Positions 61,521 through 64,000 of a stretch of 64,000 bases of DNA are shown here, one piece after another. A model generated the notes under the pieces. It was not told the origin of the DNA and ran no database searches. It saw only the letters and a program-made list of their open reading frames with translations. Origin of the DNA: Mobula hypostoma. Lineage: Eukaryota. A program made the position numbers and the translations under genes. Position 1 is the first letter of the stretch. Each line of letters opens with the position of its first letter. The stretch lies in NCBI RefSeq assembly GCF_963921235.1, contig NC_086119.1, positions 34,100,001-34,164,000 on the forward strand, read 5' to 3'.

Positions 61521-64000
61521 CTTGTTACTATATTTTTGTGCACACTTTCCAAATCCCTCATGTCACACTTTCCCAGTTAGCCAGTTAGCCAGTTTCCCAG
61601 TTAACTGTTTCCCAGTTAACAGTGAAGATTCTACATGCTAACTTTTTGAAGTCGGAGTTAAGTATGTGAATGTACTGGTGTAATAGAGAAAAAAAACACA
61701 TTTGTAACAGCACCACAGCCACATAATGTCAGATACAACAGATGCAAGAAAAAAAAACTCAATTAAATATGAAGTATACACAACTTTTACAAGAACCCAA
61801 TTAGGATAAAAAAAATTATCTAAGGTATTAATATAGATTGTCAATAGATACAAGTGATCAATTTCCCCTGCACCTGCATTGAAGTTTTTGGGTTTGAGTG
61901 AAGCAAGCTGACAATCAGTGGGATTAACTGCTGCACACTGTACCTGTGATGCTGCTGCAAGTAGGTTTGCCATCACACCTGTTAGTATTTGAATCTGTGC
62001 ATGTGACAATCAACTTGACTTTGACTTTCAACACTCAAAAAGAAGCTCAAAAAGCCCCCCCCCCAAAAAATCCACACGTTTTGAATTCTATGTCCTAGAA
62101 AATCTCCATTTTCATAACTTTTGTTTCTTTCATATTATTCTTGAACGTGACTGTGCAACATACGTGGGTCAAACATTCAACTTAAAACTCCAGTTTAAGT
62201 CAAGCCTTCACTGAAGGGTTAAGAATGTGTTGGGACATCACTAAGCGCGAGTTGTGTCAGGGCAAACCTAATCCAGTTCCTCAGAGGCACAGGCTGACAG
62301 AATAAGGCCTTCATAAACTCAGTCCCAATTTCCAATGTCTCCCAATTCAGCATCATGTTGAATTACTCTGGAAAAGGACGGGGACGAGTAACATTCTCCC
62401 TCAATCAGTGGTATTCATTACCGATTTCTGCATTGCAGGAAATTGTATGGATAAAGTAGGCAAAGTCTTTTATTCCCATGTCTAGCTTTGTTGTGCCATT
62501 GAGGAGATAAACAGGTAATGTTTCAGGTGGACAAACTTTCATTAGAAATGCATTTTCAGCTTTTCAGCACGACTGCATCTACATTTATTATATCGACTTT
62601 GCTCACTGATCCCTGAATTGCTGAAATGTGCCAGCCAGGAGAGTTCCACTTTTGGTTTGAATCTGTATTGAGTTTGCTGCTATCAGCCAGGGTGACTGTA
62701 GAGTGGCGGCTCCTAATCTGGGATCCATGGACCCCTTGCTGAATGGTATTGGTCCATGGCATGAAAATTGTTGGGAATCCCTGCTGTAGAGGCTTCTAGT
62801 ATCTGAAACAGAGTTCAGTGTTCCATTGTTCAATCTAATCAACAGCACACTTCCAAACAAAATTTGAAATGAATGCGTCGCCTGACGTTCCTCAGACCAG
62901 TGTTTCCTTTGCGTGTTTGAAAGGTGGCTTTGAATTTGACTTTTAAAAGCTTCTTGTTCCCTCAAATCAGGGAACACGGTAAATGCAAGCTTTGAAAGTG
63001 ACAAAGAAGGTGGAGAGCAGAATACAACAGAAGGGTTACTTGACACATCACAGATCAGTGTCTATTACCCTTGCTGGACTGACTGTGCCAAGTGGCTAAA
63101 ACCTTGAACTCATTTATTTCCCACCATCTCTATGACAAAGCTGGAACTTGGAAGTGTAGGAGAGGCAGAGCTTTCTTGCTGCACAAAACCTGAACATATT
63201 TAGATGCTTGATTTTGATTCTCTCTTGATTCTCTCTTTGCTGGGTATATGTCCAAAGAAAGAGAGAGAGAGGGGGCTCGTATTCCGAGAATATCAATCAG
63301 GACATCCCGAAGTACTTGTGAAGTTTAGCTACTGCTGTATTCATGCTGTAATGTTAGGTGTATACACTTAAAATGGGCAATTGGGCCTTTGTTTAATGTA
63401 GAACTTCTCTCAGTCCAGCAGCCCTTCAGGACTGCATTGTTGTGTCAGCCTAGCATCTAGTGCTTTAATTTCTGGAGTGGAATTTGATCTTACTAATTTC
63501 TGACCTGGAGACAAAAGTGTTAATGACTGAACCACAAGGATACCAAATACTCCCTGTTTGTTTGCCCTTCTTCATTAATTGTAGCAATTATCAGCAAGCT
63601 GAGGAGGAAACAGGACACAGCATAGTGAACACTGGTACTGCTCTTTATCGTCACCAGTTTCCACAGGTAGATCTGACTGTTTTTTCCATGCCTAATGCAG
63701 GCTGTTGCCCTGGCTGGCATCAGTTGATTAATAACATCAGAAAGCAAACCGACTATTTTGCTACTTCAGTTCAACAACTCATTAGTAAAGTGATTGGCAT
63801 CACAGGCAAGTACAAAACCTAATTCTGCTGAAATAAACACAGACTATACCTTTAAAATGAAAGGTCAGTGACCTAAATGTTAATCTTGTTTCTCTCTCCA
63901 CAGATTCACATTTGTTTATTTATCATGTGTACATTGAAGCATACAGTGAAATGCGCTGTTTGCGTTAGCTACCAACACAACCAAACGTTATGCTGCAGAC

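Overview
Repeat-rich vertebrate DNA. The repeat set (HE1/V-SINEs, HER1/CR1, Neptune-type Penelope) points to a cartilaginous fish, probably a ray; this is inference. The window looks like giant introns of an AUTS2-family gene (FBRSL1 best guess) on the + strand. Only one convincing coding exon is seen: 30 nt at 13921-13950, encoding CDSESDPDEK. Almost every ORF in the track is transposon-derived or spurious. The most striking signal is a family of Penelope-like element (PLE) ends carrying minimal type I hammerhead ribozymes (TAGTC-CTGAnGA-A-GGGT-loop-GCCY-GAAACGTC-GACTG) on both strands. It includes three young, non-coding ~215-250 bp fold-back mini-elements. These three and one truncated copy are each flanked by an exact 14-bp direct repeat. 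Also present: a degraded PLE RT-GIY-YIG ORF, a Rex1/Babar LINE, an internally deleted Ty3/Gypsy with 3' LTR, a Harbinger derivative with TTA TSD, a hAT-like derivative with 6-bp TSD, a Tigger-like element and many CR1 3' ends. Family names rest on motif recognition by eye; no database search was run.
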